Source: Lama guanicoe
Lineage: Eukaryota
Direction: 5' to 3'
DNA: 64,000 nt
NCBI GenBank assembly: GCA_013239625.1
Contig: MU054212.1
Location: 9,534,898-9,598,897, forward strand
The first letter of the stretch is position 1. Each line of letters opens with the position of its first letter. The notes beneath the pieces were generated by a model. The model worked only from the letters and a program-made list of their open reading frames with translations, was not told the origin of the DNA and made no database searches. The position numbers and the translations under genes were made by a program. Below are positions 10,296 to 22,100 of this stretch, in pieces.

Positions 10296-12744
10296 CTGCA
10301 GGGGAGCCAAGGGGGCAGAGGTCAGCATTGCTCTCCCAAACCAGCCCCTCCCCCACCGTGCCCACAGCGATTCTGCTGTAGCTGCATGCTTCCCGGCCAC
10401 TGTGGTCTCCGTCCTGGAGCGGGGCATCCGAGGTAGGAACTCTGCGCGGGGGGCTTCCCTCTTCCCCATCCCAGGGCCCTTAGTAGGGTGGAAGGTTGAC
10501 CACCCTGGGCTGGGGGATGCAGGCTACAGCTGGCTTGGGGGTGTGGTGAGATGGATGGTTCATGAAGAAGGCTGGGAAGGAGACGCCAGAGGAGGGCTCA
10601 ACCATGAGAGCTTGGTGGGGAGACACATGAGAGCCCTGGCCCTGGAGAAGGGCTGTGGGAAAGCAGACAAGGGGGCTAGGGGCTATCAGGAGGGTGGTCT
10701 CCTCCTCACTCCTCCCCAGCAGAGCCCAGCTGGGTGAAAGAAAGGGCATGAGATGCCTTACCCTGCCACCAAGTCCCCTGGTCCACCCACCCCTGTTCAA
10801 GTAGAGGGACCTCCTCCCAAATTCTCAGGGACTTTGCACAAGGCATGGAGGTCTTCCATTCCTGGGCACAGCTGAGATGCCCACAGCAGCACTGACCACA
10901 CAAGTGAAGTCCACCTCACGGTGCCTATGGACACCAAAGAACCAGAAGTCCACAGACCTTCTTCCACCTGACCTCGGACTGGGATGCCTGCTGCCCAGCG
11001 CAAGAGGACCTGCGGCTGAGACTTTGGTAAGCAACCCAGGAGGGCCGGTCTGGGGAAGAGGCTTGGTTCACTTCTGTTGTCTGTGCTGTGTCTGCAGAAG
11101 CAGTGAGTAAAAGCCTCGATGGCGCATGGACCAGTGGAGGACACTGCCTTTGGTGACCAAGGCCAGTGATGACTGAAGTGGGAGTGGGTTGGCCTTGGGG
11201 GCCCAGGGCGGTGGATGGGGACAGATTCGGCCTCAGTATATCTGGGGCAAGATGGAGGGCACAGGGAAGCAGCAAGAAAACCATCTGGGCTTATCTGCCT
11301 GGTGACCCAGGCCAGCCAAGCTAACTGGCCATGCCAGGCTTTGAGGCCTGTAGACCAGAGAGAATTTCCAAACATCCCTCCCAAGCACTCATCCCTGAAC
11401 CTCTCAGTAACGTAACACCAGAGCAATAGCACCCAGGTCCCAGGGGAGCCAGGGCACGTGCTGGGGCAGAGGTCCTTAGAGACAATGCGGATGGCAGCCG
11501 GGGAACTGAGCCCAGGAGGTGGGGGAGCTGAAGATGGGTGGGGGTGCGGGCTTCATCCCGCCCGGGGTTGTCCAGGACAAAACCTATCCATCTATTTCCC
11601 TTGTGGTGGACACTGGAGCTTCCAGTGGTGATATGGTGGTGGCACTTGGCGGGGTGGTGTCCTGCTCCCTGGTCTAACTCTTCCCCCAGCCTGAGCTCTC
11701 TGGAGGGAGAGCCACTTCTTGCTTGTCTTCTTGGCCATGCCAGCTGCTCAACCACATACAGCCTTTATGCCAATTAGAGAAAGATCTCTTCTCTGAGCAT
11801 AGTTTGGTGCCCTGTGCAAAATATAAACTGCACAAGGTAGATGGCAGCTCCCCCAGCACAGGTCATAACAAGTGCTCAGCAAATCCCGCAACATAAGGAA
11901 TGAATGAACAGCCCTTATCATTTGTGACAGCCACCCCTTCGGGTGTTGTGTGGCAGTAAAGGCCACACTGTGTGCTTCCAGCATGATCTCGATGAGCAAG
12001 AGGGGAGAGCAGAGATGCTACGTGGGGCTTGGAAGTGGAGAAAAGCATTTCTGAGACCCCTCTCTACTTCTCTGCTTAATGACCTCATTAGTAACTGCCA
12101 CAGAACGAACACTTTGAAGGATCTCGCTCATTAGAGCAGCTCCAAACTCTGCATTTAAAGATGGTAAATTAATTTTTTTAATGTACTGCTCTTCTCCTTT
12201 CCTTCTCTCCATCCCTCCCTCCTGCTCTGGCAGGGGATTGTTTATGGGATGTGGCAGATTGTTATAAATGGGGGAGAGAAACATTTCCAAATTCCATGAG
12301 GGAAAGAGCTCACAGATGCTGCTGGGGGTGGGGAAGGAGCAGGTTTGTCAAAATCCAGAGATCCAGATGGGCTTGTGGGCGGGGTGGGGGGAGGTAATGA
12401 AACCACCCAGATGTGCTGGGAACTGTATCTCCCAGCCCTGATGGAGGAGGAGCCCAGGAACCTGAGATGGGTGGGGTGTCTCCCACCTCCTGCTTGCCAA
12501 GCCCCTCCCCTGCCTCCCTTGCCAGCCTGGAGTCTTCACCTTTAAACAACACTCCAGATCCTCCAGGCCCTGTCACTCCACTCCCTAGGCTTCTCTAGCC
12601 TCTTCTCTGTGCACTGAGGGCTGAGTCGTCGGAAAAGCACCGGGAAGGGGTCAAGAAAAACTCCAAGTTCAAAGTCAGGAAATTCTCCTCTATTTCTCTC
12701 CAGCACAGTGACACTGAACTCTGGTGCTGGCAGCACTTTTATAC

Positions 12745-12835
12745 TCTCTGGATGTCTGGGCCTCACTCCAGATACTGAAATCAGAATCCCTGGGTTTCTG
12801 TGATTTTACAACCACACAGTAGATTCTGACAGGCA
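12745..12835. mobile_element. MER5A-like DNA transposon fragment
   Basis: ctgggcctcactccagatactgaaatcagaatccctggg...gattctga. Confidence 0.6.
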
Positions 12836-13866
12836 ACCAGAGTGGGAAGCATGAGTTTGCCCCCAAAGCTGACCTCCTCTGCCCTGTTGAGCCAACCTCC
12901 TTACCACCCCCTGTCCCTGCCAGGCGAGCCCCTCCTGCTTCTGGGCCTCCAGGACAGCCCCTCCACAGCAGTGTGCTCCTTGTTCATCCAGAAGTCTCCA
13001 ATTCCTACCCAGCTGTTAAAGGCTGACCTGTGCGGCTCTTCGGGAAGCTCTGCTGGGCTTCAGCCTACAGAACTCTCCCTTCCTTTGAATCCTTTAGCAT
13101 CAGAGGACACTCACTCTTGACCATACTCTGCTCTGCCTTATGGCTTTATTATTCTGTTGATGTCTATTGTGTTCCTGACTGGCCCAGCTTCCCTGCTCCA
13201 GTGCCAGTTTATCCTCAAGACCAGAGAGAGGAGCTGTTTCAAGTCAACTGGACATTTTTACCATGCGAGAACTGCTAAGTTTTAGAGGAACAAAGTTCAT
13301 CAGGAACAGGCCTCCTGGATCTTCTTGTGTGCCAGAATTCATGAAAGCAGGACCCGGAAGTTATCCGAGGTTCTGGTCCTCTGTCCAAAGTGCTGACCAT
13401 GGCTTTGTGTGCACCAGGGGACTGAACAGGTATGCACTAGCCAGATCACCAATCAATATACCTCCACTTGCTTCCCAACAGAGTCTTTTCCTACTTAAAT
13501 CTGATTATTCTTTTAGCTTCCATCCTCTCATTTCTTTGGGGTCAAATTCACTCTTAATTAATTTGCAGTTACTAGCCTCTCTCTGCTTGGTTGGATGACT
13601 CATCTATTCTCTTTTCTTCTCTGAGGGAGCCCCGGGAATGGGGTTCTCACCCATCAGACTGACAAACCCCCAAGGATTTGTCTTCTCTCCCACTAGGAGC
13701 ACCCTGAAGGAGGGCAGGAGGCTGGCTCTCCCTGATCACATTTGGGGTTCCACCAGGGAAAAGACAGAGGGCAGGAGCCACACATTCAGTTATAACAGCA
13801 AGGACAGGGACAGAATGGATGAGGAGAGTGCTGCATGGGGAAGGAAGGGCTACCAGATGTACTTAC

Positions 13867-14016
13867 CTGGGTAGGGGTGGATGCCATTGGCAAACACAGC
13901 TTCTGCAGCAGGTTGTCCATTAGCCTGCGGGGGGAGGCCAGTGAAGCCGTTCACCCCAATGGGGGATGGGATGCTAGGCACGGCTGGTGCAGTGATGCCC
14001 GGAGGGGTGCTGCCAC
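13867..14016 (-). CDS. CELF4: CELF4 exon 8 (150 nt): (G)[49 protein letters not shown](A)
   Basis: Acceptor aaccAG|GT; donor CCAG|GTAAGT; within ORF 13850..14146. Confidence 0.96.
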
Positions 14017-15007
14017 CTGGTTCCAGAGGTGAAGAGGGGTGGAAGAAGGGGGAAGCAAGCAGAACACAGGTGATGAAGGCCAATCCCTGGAGCTCCACCC
14101 TGCTGGCTCCAAGTGCCTGGGGATAGACTTGGACCTCACACATCAACTCAGTCCTATCTGTGGGTCATGACTTGAGTTATCTCCCTGGATGTAATGAGCC
14201 TATTCATCCCAACTGTATCTACGCTTCAAGGCAGAGTCCATATTCCACCTACCCTATAAGACTTCCCTGACCACTGACTGCTCGACCTTGGACCTGTAGC
14301 ATACAGACCTTTAAGTGCCCTTGACTTTGACCACAGTTGGTCTTCCTTTAGTCTTTTTCAGTGGCTCTTGCTCATGCCAGCTAAGTCAGGATGGACTGGT
14401 CATTGTTTCTAAGCTGTGGCTCTGCTCCCTGCTATCTTCACTAGATGGATCACTGAGGGGTTGATCTGCCTCTTCATGAAGGAATCTCAATATGCAGGTG
14501 GAGGAGGTCTTAATTCTGGTGTTCCCTTGCGCTGAGGAAGACAGCCCTTTGCAGAGTCCAGACTCAGTCCTATTCATACACAAAGTAGACACCCTGGCCT
14601 CCTCCAGTTAAGGCAGTGGTGATGCTCATTGTGGCGAGGGTAAAGCTGGGGTCAGATGACAATACACTGTGCCTTCCCTACACCAGGTAGACGGAAACCA
14701 AGGTGTGGCTGGCACAGTGACTGTACTGAGACCCCAGTGGCTGGAGAGAGCCTTCCTCTTCATGTAGGAAGCAGGGTCTCTCTTTGGATGAGGACCTGAG
14801 GCCATCAGGAATGTCCCTAGGTTGGGGATTAGAGTTGTGGGGTAGTACTGAAGTTGAGGCTAGAGATGCACAATCTTCTATAGCTTTTAGCTGGGAAACG
14901 AATAGCTCCTGGATGTCAGGAAGGCTGCTGCTATGGCCTGGCTGCAGAGAGCCACGGAAGCTTGGTGAACGAGAGCTGGGGTGCTGTGCCAGCCCTTGGA
15001 GCTAGTC

Positions 15008-15215
15008 AGGCATTCTTAACTTTGAAACTATTTACATTTAGGGCCACATATTTCCTTATGGGGAGCTGTCCTGTGCATCGTAGCAGCATCCTGGTCTCCA
15101 TCTACCAGATTACAGGCGCATTCACCCTCCTTCAGTTGTGACAACGAAAAATGTCTCAGGACATTGCCAGATATTTGGGGTTGGGGTTGGGGTTGCCGTA
15201 GTTGAGAATCACAGA
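15008..15215. mobile_element. MER20 DNA transposon
   Basis: gagctgtcctgtgcat...cagcatcctggtctccatctaccagat...cagttgtgacaacgaaaaatgtctcaggacattgccaga...gttgagaatcac matches the reverse of the MER20 consensus. Confidence 0.85.
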
Positions 15216-15801
15216 ACTGGACAATAGCCAAGATCCAATTAAAAACATGCTTTGTAAGTGGGACTGTTTCTAACCCCTCTGTCCTTTAATAACTCTTGGG
15301 GTTCTTCCTTGCTTGTGTAGTTGTCTTGGAAAAAGATAGTGAATATAAGTTGGGTTAAATGGAAATGAAAAAATGGGGTTCCCTCTCTGCTTGGGCCAGG
15401 GACCAAACAGGGCCGCAGAAAGGGCAGGGTGCTCCCTGCCTCGGACCTCAAAGGGAGATGTTTTCCTGTCAGTTCCTTTCCTGATATCTGTGTTAGAGAC
15501 CAGCATGAATTGCCCCCTGACATCTGACACGGCTAAACAACTTGAATGAAATTCTCACCACCCTGATACCACACCAGCGACTGCTTGGGGCCCACATTCC
15601 ATCTTCCCTTGGGACCTCAGGGATTAGGACATTTTTTGAGACAAATTTCCAGAGGATAAGGCCTGCGATGGGTCCAGACATCAGGTGCTCTTGACACAGG
15701 AGGGTCCATTGGTGGCCGCCACTGGCCAAACAAAAGGTAGCAATCTGGGTCCAGCTGCCTTCCAGCTGGGCCAGGCCCTGTGTTTGTACCTTTTCACTCA
15801 C

Positions 15802-15949
15802 CTGAGGTTGGGGTCATGGGTGCGGCCGCCAGGCCGTTCATGTTGAGGGCAGCCATCTGCTGCATCTGGGCGGCGGCAAAGGCAGCCATGGGGTTCAGGT
15901 AGCCACCCTGCGCGACCGATGCCATCAGTGCCGCTTGCTGCTGCATCAG
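15802..15949 (-). CDS. CELF4: CELF4 exon 7 (148 nt): [49 protein letters not shown](G), divergent domain
   Basis: Acceptor gccccAG|CTG; donor TCAG|GTGAGT; within ORF 15794..15979. Confidence 0.97.
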
Positions 15950-16789
15950 CTGGGGCAGAGGGAGTGGAAAAAATACCATGCGCTTCCACGGGGGCAGCCC
16001 TCCCCACCAAGGGGTTCAGCTCTGAGACCAGCCTCCCAGGCCCTGAGTCCCCTGGATGCTCAGACACATCTCCCTACCCCACCCCCAGAGAGCCCTGACA
16101 TCCTCCCCATATCTGCCCTAGTCCTCAGTGGCTATTAGAGACCAGCGCCCAAGAGGAAACTGCATTCAAAAGTATTAGTTGTAGGGGAGGAGGAGGGGGA
16201 CTGGCTCCACGGGTGCTGGTCAGCCCTGAAAGGCCTGAAGTTCATGGCGATATGACATCCAAAGCTCTAGAGACATGCTGGAGGAGCCTCTGTAGAACTA
16301 AGCTGTTGGAGATTTCTGTCCCTAACTTGGAGTCTGCTGGGTAAAAGCTACAGAAGAAGCATGAATAAAACCTCAGCTACCTGCAGTGAGTGGGAACTGG
16401 GGTGACTGTTGAAACTGGCCAAGCTGGGACACTGCTGAAAAAGTGAGTGCATTTTTAGAACTAGAACCCTGGCCTACCTCAGTGCCACCCATGTGAGTGC
16501 TGAGGGGAGATGCTGTCAGAGACAGCCTCAATGTGGAAGAAAGAAGTTGGTGGGCCAGGGCCCTGAGGGGAACTACAGGGGAAGTGTGGGTGAGGAGGGC
16601 TTTGTGGCACGTCCAAGGACCCCTGCCAGGAGTAATCAGAAGGCTGAGGACACCTTTCCATGAGTGGTGGCAGGGGTGGGGTGGTGCCAACAGAACACCT
16701 GAACCTCTCCCCTCCTTCCCATCCATGCTTCCTAGGATTTGTGAAGAACCGCCGCCTCCTCCCCCTCGCCCCGCTGTGCCCCCACTTAC

Positions 16790-16933
16790 TGCCTGTGCGT
16801 AGGCGCCGTAGGCTCCAAACGGGATGGCCATGGGGTTGAACATGCCCATCTGGCCAGCCATCTGCTGCATTCGCCGCATTGTGCGCTCCTTGTCAGTGTC
16901 GGCGAACTTGACCACCAGACTGGATGAAGCTCC
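16790..16933 (-). CDS. CELF4: CELF4 exon 6 (144 nt): [48 protein letters not shown]
   Basis: Acceptor ctgcAG|GGA; donor GCA|GTAAGT; phase 0/0. Confidence 0.97.
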
Positions 16934-17207
16934 CTGCAGCCGGGACTGTGCGTGAGGCCCACCAGCCCAAACCTCCTCTACTCCCTAGCCTAGGCCCACG
17001 GGGTCCCATCCACTGGGTGCTATGGGGAACGGGGTGGGTGGAGGACCGTGATGAGCACCAATCCTCGCCCAGGGGTCTAGAGTCTCAGCGCCCCGCGCGC
17101 GCCCTACAGATGCGGTGGGCGGGGCCCTACAGACGCGCTGGGTGGCGGCGTGTCGCGGTCCCTCATTGCCCCCGTCCTTGCCCCTACCCAGGGGCGGCCG
17201 CACTCAC

Positions 17208-17287
17208 CGGCATGGTCTGGCTGCCGTGCAGAGCGTTGATGGCGGCTTGAGCCTCGGCGTGGGAGGAGTACTTCACAAAGGCGCACC
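17208..17287 (-). CDS. CELF4: CELF4 exon 5 (80 nt): (G)[29 protein letters not shown]2 RNP1
   Basis: Acceptor cccccAG|GG; donor CCG|GTGAGT; KGCAFVKY RNP1 is formed across the junction. Confidence 0.97.
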
Positions 17288-17684
17288 CTGGGGGGACGGG
17301 AGAGGCTGAGCCACGGCGCGAGGGCCCAGAGGAAGGCCAGAGAAGCGAGAGGACTGAAAGGCGGGGCACGGGAGGGGCCGAGGGGAAAGGGCGACTCCCA
17401 GAAGAGAGCAGAGTCAGACACAGAGACAGTGAGAGAGACACCGACAAACACGGAGACAGAGCCACACAGAGACCGAGAAAGACCTGGACCGGCCAGAGAC
17501 TTCAGAGCATCCTTAAGTCTCCGCGTCCCGGTCTGGACTTGGATCGCGGTCTTTCCTGACCCCCAGGCCCGACCGCCTCACCCCTTCCGAGCAGCCTTCC
17601 CTGGCTCGCCCGACGGGACCGGCTCCAGGCGGCTCCAGACCCGCGGCCGCGCCCCGCCCACCCAGTCGCCCCGCCCCCACGCAC

Positions 17685-17813
17685 CCTTGCTGTTGCCGTC
17701 CGGCCCGCGCAGGATGGTGCACTCCTCGATGTTCCCGAAGGCCTCGAAGAGGCGGCGCACATCGTCCTCAGACTGCTGCTTGTTGAGCATGCCCACAAAG
17801 AGTTTTCTATCTT
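17685..17813 (-). CDS. CELF4: CELF4 exon 4 (129 nt): (Q)[42 protein letters not shown](G), RRM2 with RNP2
   Basis: Acceptor ttccAG|AAG|ATAG (NAGNAG); donor AAGG|GTGCGT; matches ORF 17578..17796. Confidence 0.97.
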
Positions 17814-17997
17814 CTGGAACAAAATTAGGAGATGCTTACCCGGGCCAGGGACCCGGGGCGCGGGGCGGGCCCGGGGAAGAAGGGCACGGCCAGAGAAAAG
17901 GGTAACAGCGTGGGAGGGTAGGAGCTGGGGCGGGAAGGGGGCTCATAGCCTGAGGGGAAGCGGTAGCAGGGATGGGGGGCGGGTGGGAAATCGCTAA

Positions 17998-18044
17998 NNN
18001 NNNNNNNNNNNNNNNNNNNNNNNNNNNNNNNNNNNNNNNNNNNN
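17998..18044. other. Assembly gap (47 N) in the G-rich tract upstream of exon 4
   Basis: N run in the sequence. Confidence 0.99.
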
Positions 18045-18359
18045 NGGGATGGGGGCGGGAGGGAAGGATTGCAGCGACTCTGCCCTTTCCTGCCTAGAGG
18101 GTAGACCTCAAACTTTTTTTTTTTCCCAGGGAAACTGCTTCAATTCAGAAGGCAAACTAAATTATTGAGAATTGCAGTAGGAAGGCTGTTTCTCTGTTTT
18201 GACACATAGTGGGGCAAGGGCCACAGGTCCTGAGGCTCACCTAGAGCACCTGGGTTCTTTGGGCAGCCCTGCGATCCCTTCTTCCCTCCTCTTAGACACA
18301 CACTATTTTCTTCAGCCACCTTCACCTAAGATACCAAAATGAATTTACAACTGGCAAGT

Positions 18360-18685
18360 TCGCCACAGGGCCTTTGCATAGGCTGTTCTCGCTGCCTGGA
18401 GTGTCTTCTGCATCACAAGATTGAATCTTCTAATGCTAGATCTGTTTACCTATTGCTTCCTCATCAAAGCTCCTCCTTCCACTTCTTTATTCTCTGTCCC
18501 AGCCCCTCCCGTGGCCCAAAATTCAAAGGATGATTATTTACTGTTTTGCCTGTGTATTGGGTTTCTGTCTAGCTCCCTACCCCTCCATGTATGCTCCCTG
18601 AGAGAGGAGACCAGACCTCTGTTGGAGCAGCAGTAGCAGGCACACAGTAGGCCCTCAGGACTGAGCTGTAGAATGAATGAGTTAA
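18360..18685 (+). mobile_element. L2 LINE 3' end
   Basis: cagggcctttgcataggctgttctcgctgcctggag...ggcacacagtaggccctcag...gaatgaatgag. Confidence 0.75.
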
Positions 18686-18904
18686 TGACCAATGCCATTC
18701 TCAAGGGCACACATCCTTTCTGTCTCACACGTTTTTACCTCCATCTGGTGCCCCCTCCTCTTACCCCTTCCTACACATGCTGCAAAACTCAGCCCTGGGC
18801 ACTTTGAAGAGCCTGTTCCTGAAGACTGGACTCTGCCAGCAGCCTCCCACAGCACTTGTGTCGTATTGACAGCACTCAACTGTGTGCTTAGGGTGACAGG
18901 GATC

Positions 18905-19450
18905 TGCAGTAGCCTGTGACTGTAAAGAAGATTTCCCATCTCACCTGCTCTTACTGCAATGTGACTTTCACTCTTCCCAGGGAGGTGGCGTCTGTGTTCC
19001 CTCCCCTTGAATCTGGGTGGGCCTGTGACTGCTCTAACCACTAAAGAATGACAGAAGTGACACTCGCTGCCTTCCAAGGCTTGGTCATAAAAAGGACCAG
19101 CTTCCACTCTGGGCTCTCTTTGGGAGATGCCTGCTCTGTGGAAGCCAGCCACCATGCTGCAAAGAACTCCCAACTAGCCCACACCAGGAGTCCACACGGA
19201 AAGGAACCAGGCCTCCAGCTGACAGCCAGCATCAACTACCAGACATAGGGTGAATGAGTCTTCAGTTGATTCCAGCCCCCAGCCTGGGAGTGTTCCAGCT
19301 GAGGCCCAGACATCCTGGAGCAGAGACAGGCCTTCCAAGCAGTGCCCAGTCTGAACTCCTGACCCACAGAGTCCACGAGCATAATAAATGGCTGTTTTAC
19401 AGCACTCTGTGTGGGGCTAAAGTGTTCTGCAGCCATGGTTGCTGGAACAG
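18905..19450 (+). mobile_element. MLT1 (ERVL-MaLR) solo LTR, MLT1F/G/H-like
   Basis: ccctccccttgaatctgggtgggcctgtgactgct...gaagccagccaccatgctg...cagccagcatcaactaccagaca...ctgaactcctgacccacagag...aataaatggctgtttt. Confidence 0.85.
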
Positions 19451-21949
19451 GGTCCCCGTGGTGGCTGATACCAACTAGATGTTTGTTGACATTCAATGAC
19501 TGACACACACAGCGAAGGCTGCAGAAATGCACACCCCCCAAAACTGCAAAAGTCCACGTGTTCGTGGTTTCCGTGGAAAACAAGGGCCCTCCAGGATCGT
19601 GTTGCTCTGGAGTCAGTGTGGTTGGTACCTCCCGCCCCAGAACGCCCCTGTTGCCCACACTACCAGGGGAGTTCCTGTAGAGCTCAGGGTCTGGAACAAA
19701 GCAGAGGAGACCTCCAGGTCCCTGCTCTCCTTCACAAACCACCCCAGAGTCCTCCTCTTCAAGAAGGCCTGATCTCCGCCCTCCTGGTACCCCCAGTCTA
19801 AAGCACTCAGCAAGCTGTCAGGGATGAGGTGCTCCTTCTAGGTCCGAAGGGTACCATTGCTGGTTCCTGCAATCAGTGCTGGGTCAGGGCACACCGGCCT
19901 GGACCTCCACCACTGATGGGCTTCAGCCGAAGCTCAGGGCCCGGAGCTCCGCCCCACCGCCCACCCCAGCCTGGGTGCTCTGCCTGGCTGCTCCTGCCCC
20001 CGCAGGGCTGGATGCATCCCGCCCCGTCTCCAGGGCTTGCCAATGCCAAGCTCTGACATGGGGGAAGCACAGACTGGGAGACCAAGAGGAAGGAAGAGAG
20101 AGGGAGTGGAAGGGGTGATGCTGAGTTGGGACAGGAGGAGATGGAGCTCAGGGCAGAAAGTGAGGGAAAATGACAGAGGCAGAGGAAAAAGAACTAGAAA
20201 CAAAGAGCAGAAAGAAGAGACAGGCAGAAAGAGAAGGCAGAGACAGAAGAGAGAGGGGCCAGGGCTTACGTTTAACTCCCAGAAGCACAAACTACGTTTT
20301 GCAGGAAGTGAACTGGGTTTTCAAGTCTTCAGTGGAACCCTTGAAACTGTCCCCGCGATCTGCCTCCCCTACCCCCAGCACCTTTTGAAGGCTCCGATTA
20401 AATGAGATTTCCAGGAAGACAAAGTAGTGAAAGCCTGACCCTTGCAAATCCCTGACCCTCCTGCTCTAACGTCTCCTCCCAGGAAGGAAATAGGAGGCCA
20501 GTCCTCCTCCGGACCCTGATTTCGATGCTGGGACAGCAGCTCCACACCTTCCCTCCTGACGTCTGAACGTGTTACATCAGTGTCATTATGACAGCTTTCT
20601 GACTGCATTAAAATTCGTCCACACGTGCCTTTCTATCCAACCACTTCTCTTTTACCAAGATTTTTTTGTTTTGTTTTGTTTTCTATGTTTTGTTCTTCTA
20701 AATCCTTCTTCCTCTGCCTGAAACGGCCCTCAGTTCTAGGCCTGAGCCCTTCCTGCTTGAAGACTTTCCCAACGTGTAAGGGGCCAGGCTCCCCATCTTC
20801 CTGTCTGTCCAGGTTTCCCCAGGGAAACTACAGCTAGCCTTACTCTTCTGGAAGGCTGCCAGAAACCAAAGAAACCTGGCTCCAGATTCACTTCGTCCGC
20901 ATGGTCTTGGGTTGACCCTACCCAACGCAAAAGTGAGTTTGTTTCTAGGATCCTCCTGCTGGTCCAGTTTGCGCTCTTCATTTCCAGTTGGCTTTGGTCC
21001 TGGGTGAGTGGCTCTAAGGCCTGCCTTTCAGACCTGGATCTGAGGGTGGGTCTCCCTCTATGGCCCAAGCCCACTGGGCTCACACCCCTACCTGGCTGCC
21101 TTCCAGCTGCGTAAATGCTCACCTCCTCGGGTTTTTGGGTCTCTAAAATGGGAATAACCAGGCCCTCCTCATGTGGTGGGCGCTAGGCTTCCAAGAGCTG
21201 CTGCAGGGACAGAGCCTGGCCAGCAGTAATAACAATGGTGATGACCATGACCTGGGGGCTCCGTCTCCAGGAGGAAGAGGAGATGGAGCACCATTCCCCT
21301 GCCCCTTGGTTTGTCCTGCCCTGACTTGGAGACAGAGGTCACAGAGGAGGAGAGGTCAGCGGATCCACATCTAGGGGAGGAGCCTCGAAGGAACAGGTTG
21401 GACCAGACTCGGACTGTGGCTGACCGCTGAAATGAACCACCTCTCCCGTGGCCCCAGCCCCTGGTGCCCTCCTCTCTCTCTGGCCACTTCCCTGAGGCAC
21501 TGTCTCCGAGCTGTGTCAGATGACCAGTAACACTATTTGGCTACTGTCTTGGCTCTTATGCCAACCCAGCCAGAGTCTCAGAGAATGACTTTGTTTCCCC
21601 AGCCAGTTCCCATTCCCTCCACCACGGACACAGACCTCTGTTTCCTGGGACAGGAGAGCAGTCCCTGATCACAACCTGTGGCCTGAGTGGTGCAGGGTCC
21701 CTGGGTGATGGTGGGGCTATTCTCCCCCATGAGCCTCAGCCTGAGCCTGTTTTGGGGGAGTGAGGGTGTCACTGCTCCTCTGAGGACACGTTCAAGCGGG
21801 TGCTGCTGGCACTGGGCCATGGAGGCCACCCTGATGGGAGGTGAAGCTAGGAAAGACCTCAGAGCCAGTGGGGACGGGCTGAAGATCCCCCTGAGTGGGA
21901 GGTCGCTGAGACAGCGCAGGAGCGCTCTCCCTCAGAGAAGTGTGTGCTC

Positions 21950-22100
21950 CTACGGTCATTCAACAACTGTTTGCTGAGCACCTTCTCTGTGCCAGACACT
22001 GTTCCAAACACTGTTTCTACTGCAGTAAAAAAGGTGTGTTTGCTCACTGGAGCTGACTTCCGGATAGGAACACAGGTCGTCCACAATAAACAAGTTCCCA
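21950..22100 (-). mobile_element. L2 LINE 3' end
   Basis: cattcaacaactgtttgctgagcaccttctctgtgccagacactgttc. Confidence 0.7.

Larger units (their letters stand above)
16750..17970. promoter_or_regulatory. Intragenic CpG island covering exons 4-6
   Basis: CpG density is visibly far above the flanks, including within introns (ccccgcgcgcgccc, ccgcggccgcgccccgccc, ggggcgcggggcgggcccgg), with GC boxes. The observed/expected ratio was not computed. Confidence 0.8.

Noticed and set aside
8902..10737. Long ORFs of 258 aa (8902..9678, -) and 251 aa (9982..10737, +)
   Set aside because: They have low-complexity G/P/R/S-rich translations with no domain, and they cross microsatellites or run antisense to exon 9. 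Such ORFs are expected by chance in GC-rich DNA.
3460..17813. Alternative assignment to CELF3, CELF5, CELF6 or a pseudogene
   Set aside because: The linker and divergent-domain sequence and the exon sizes fit CELF4. Introns and reading frame are intact, with no stops or frameshifts.
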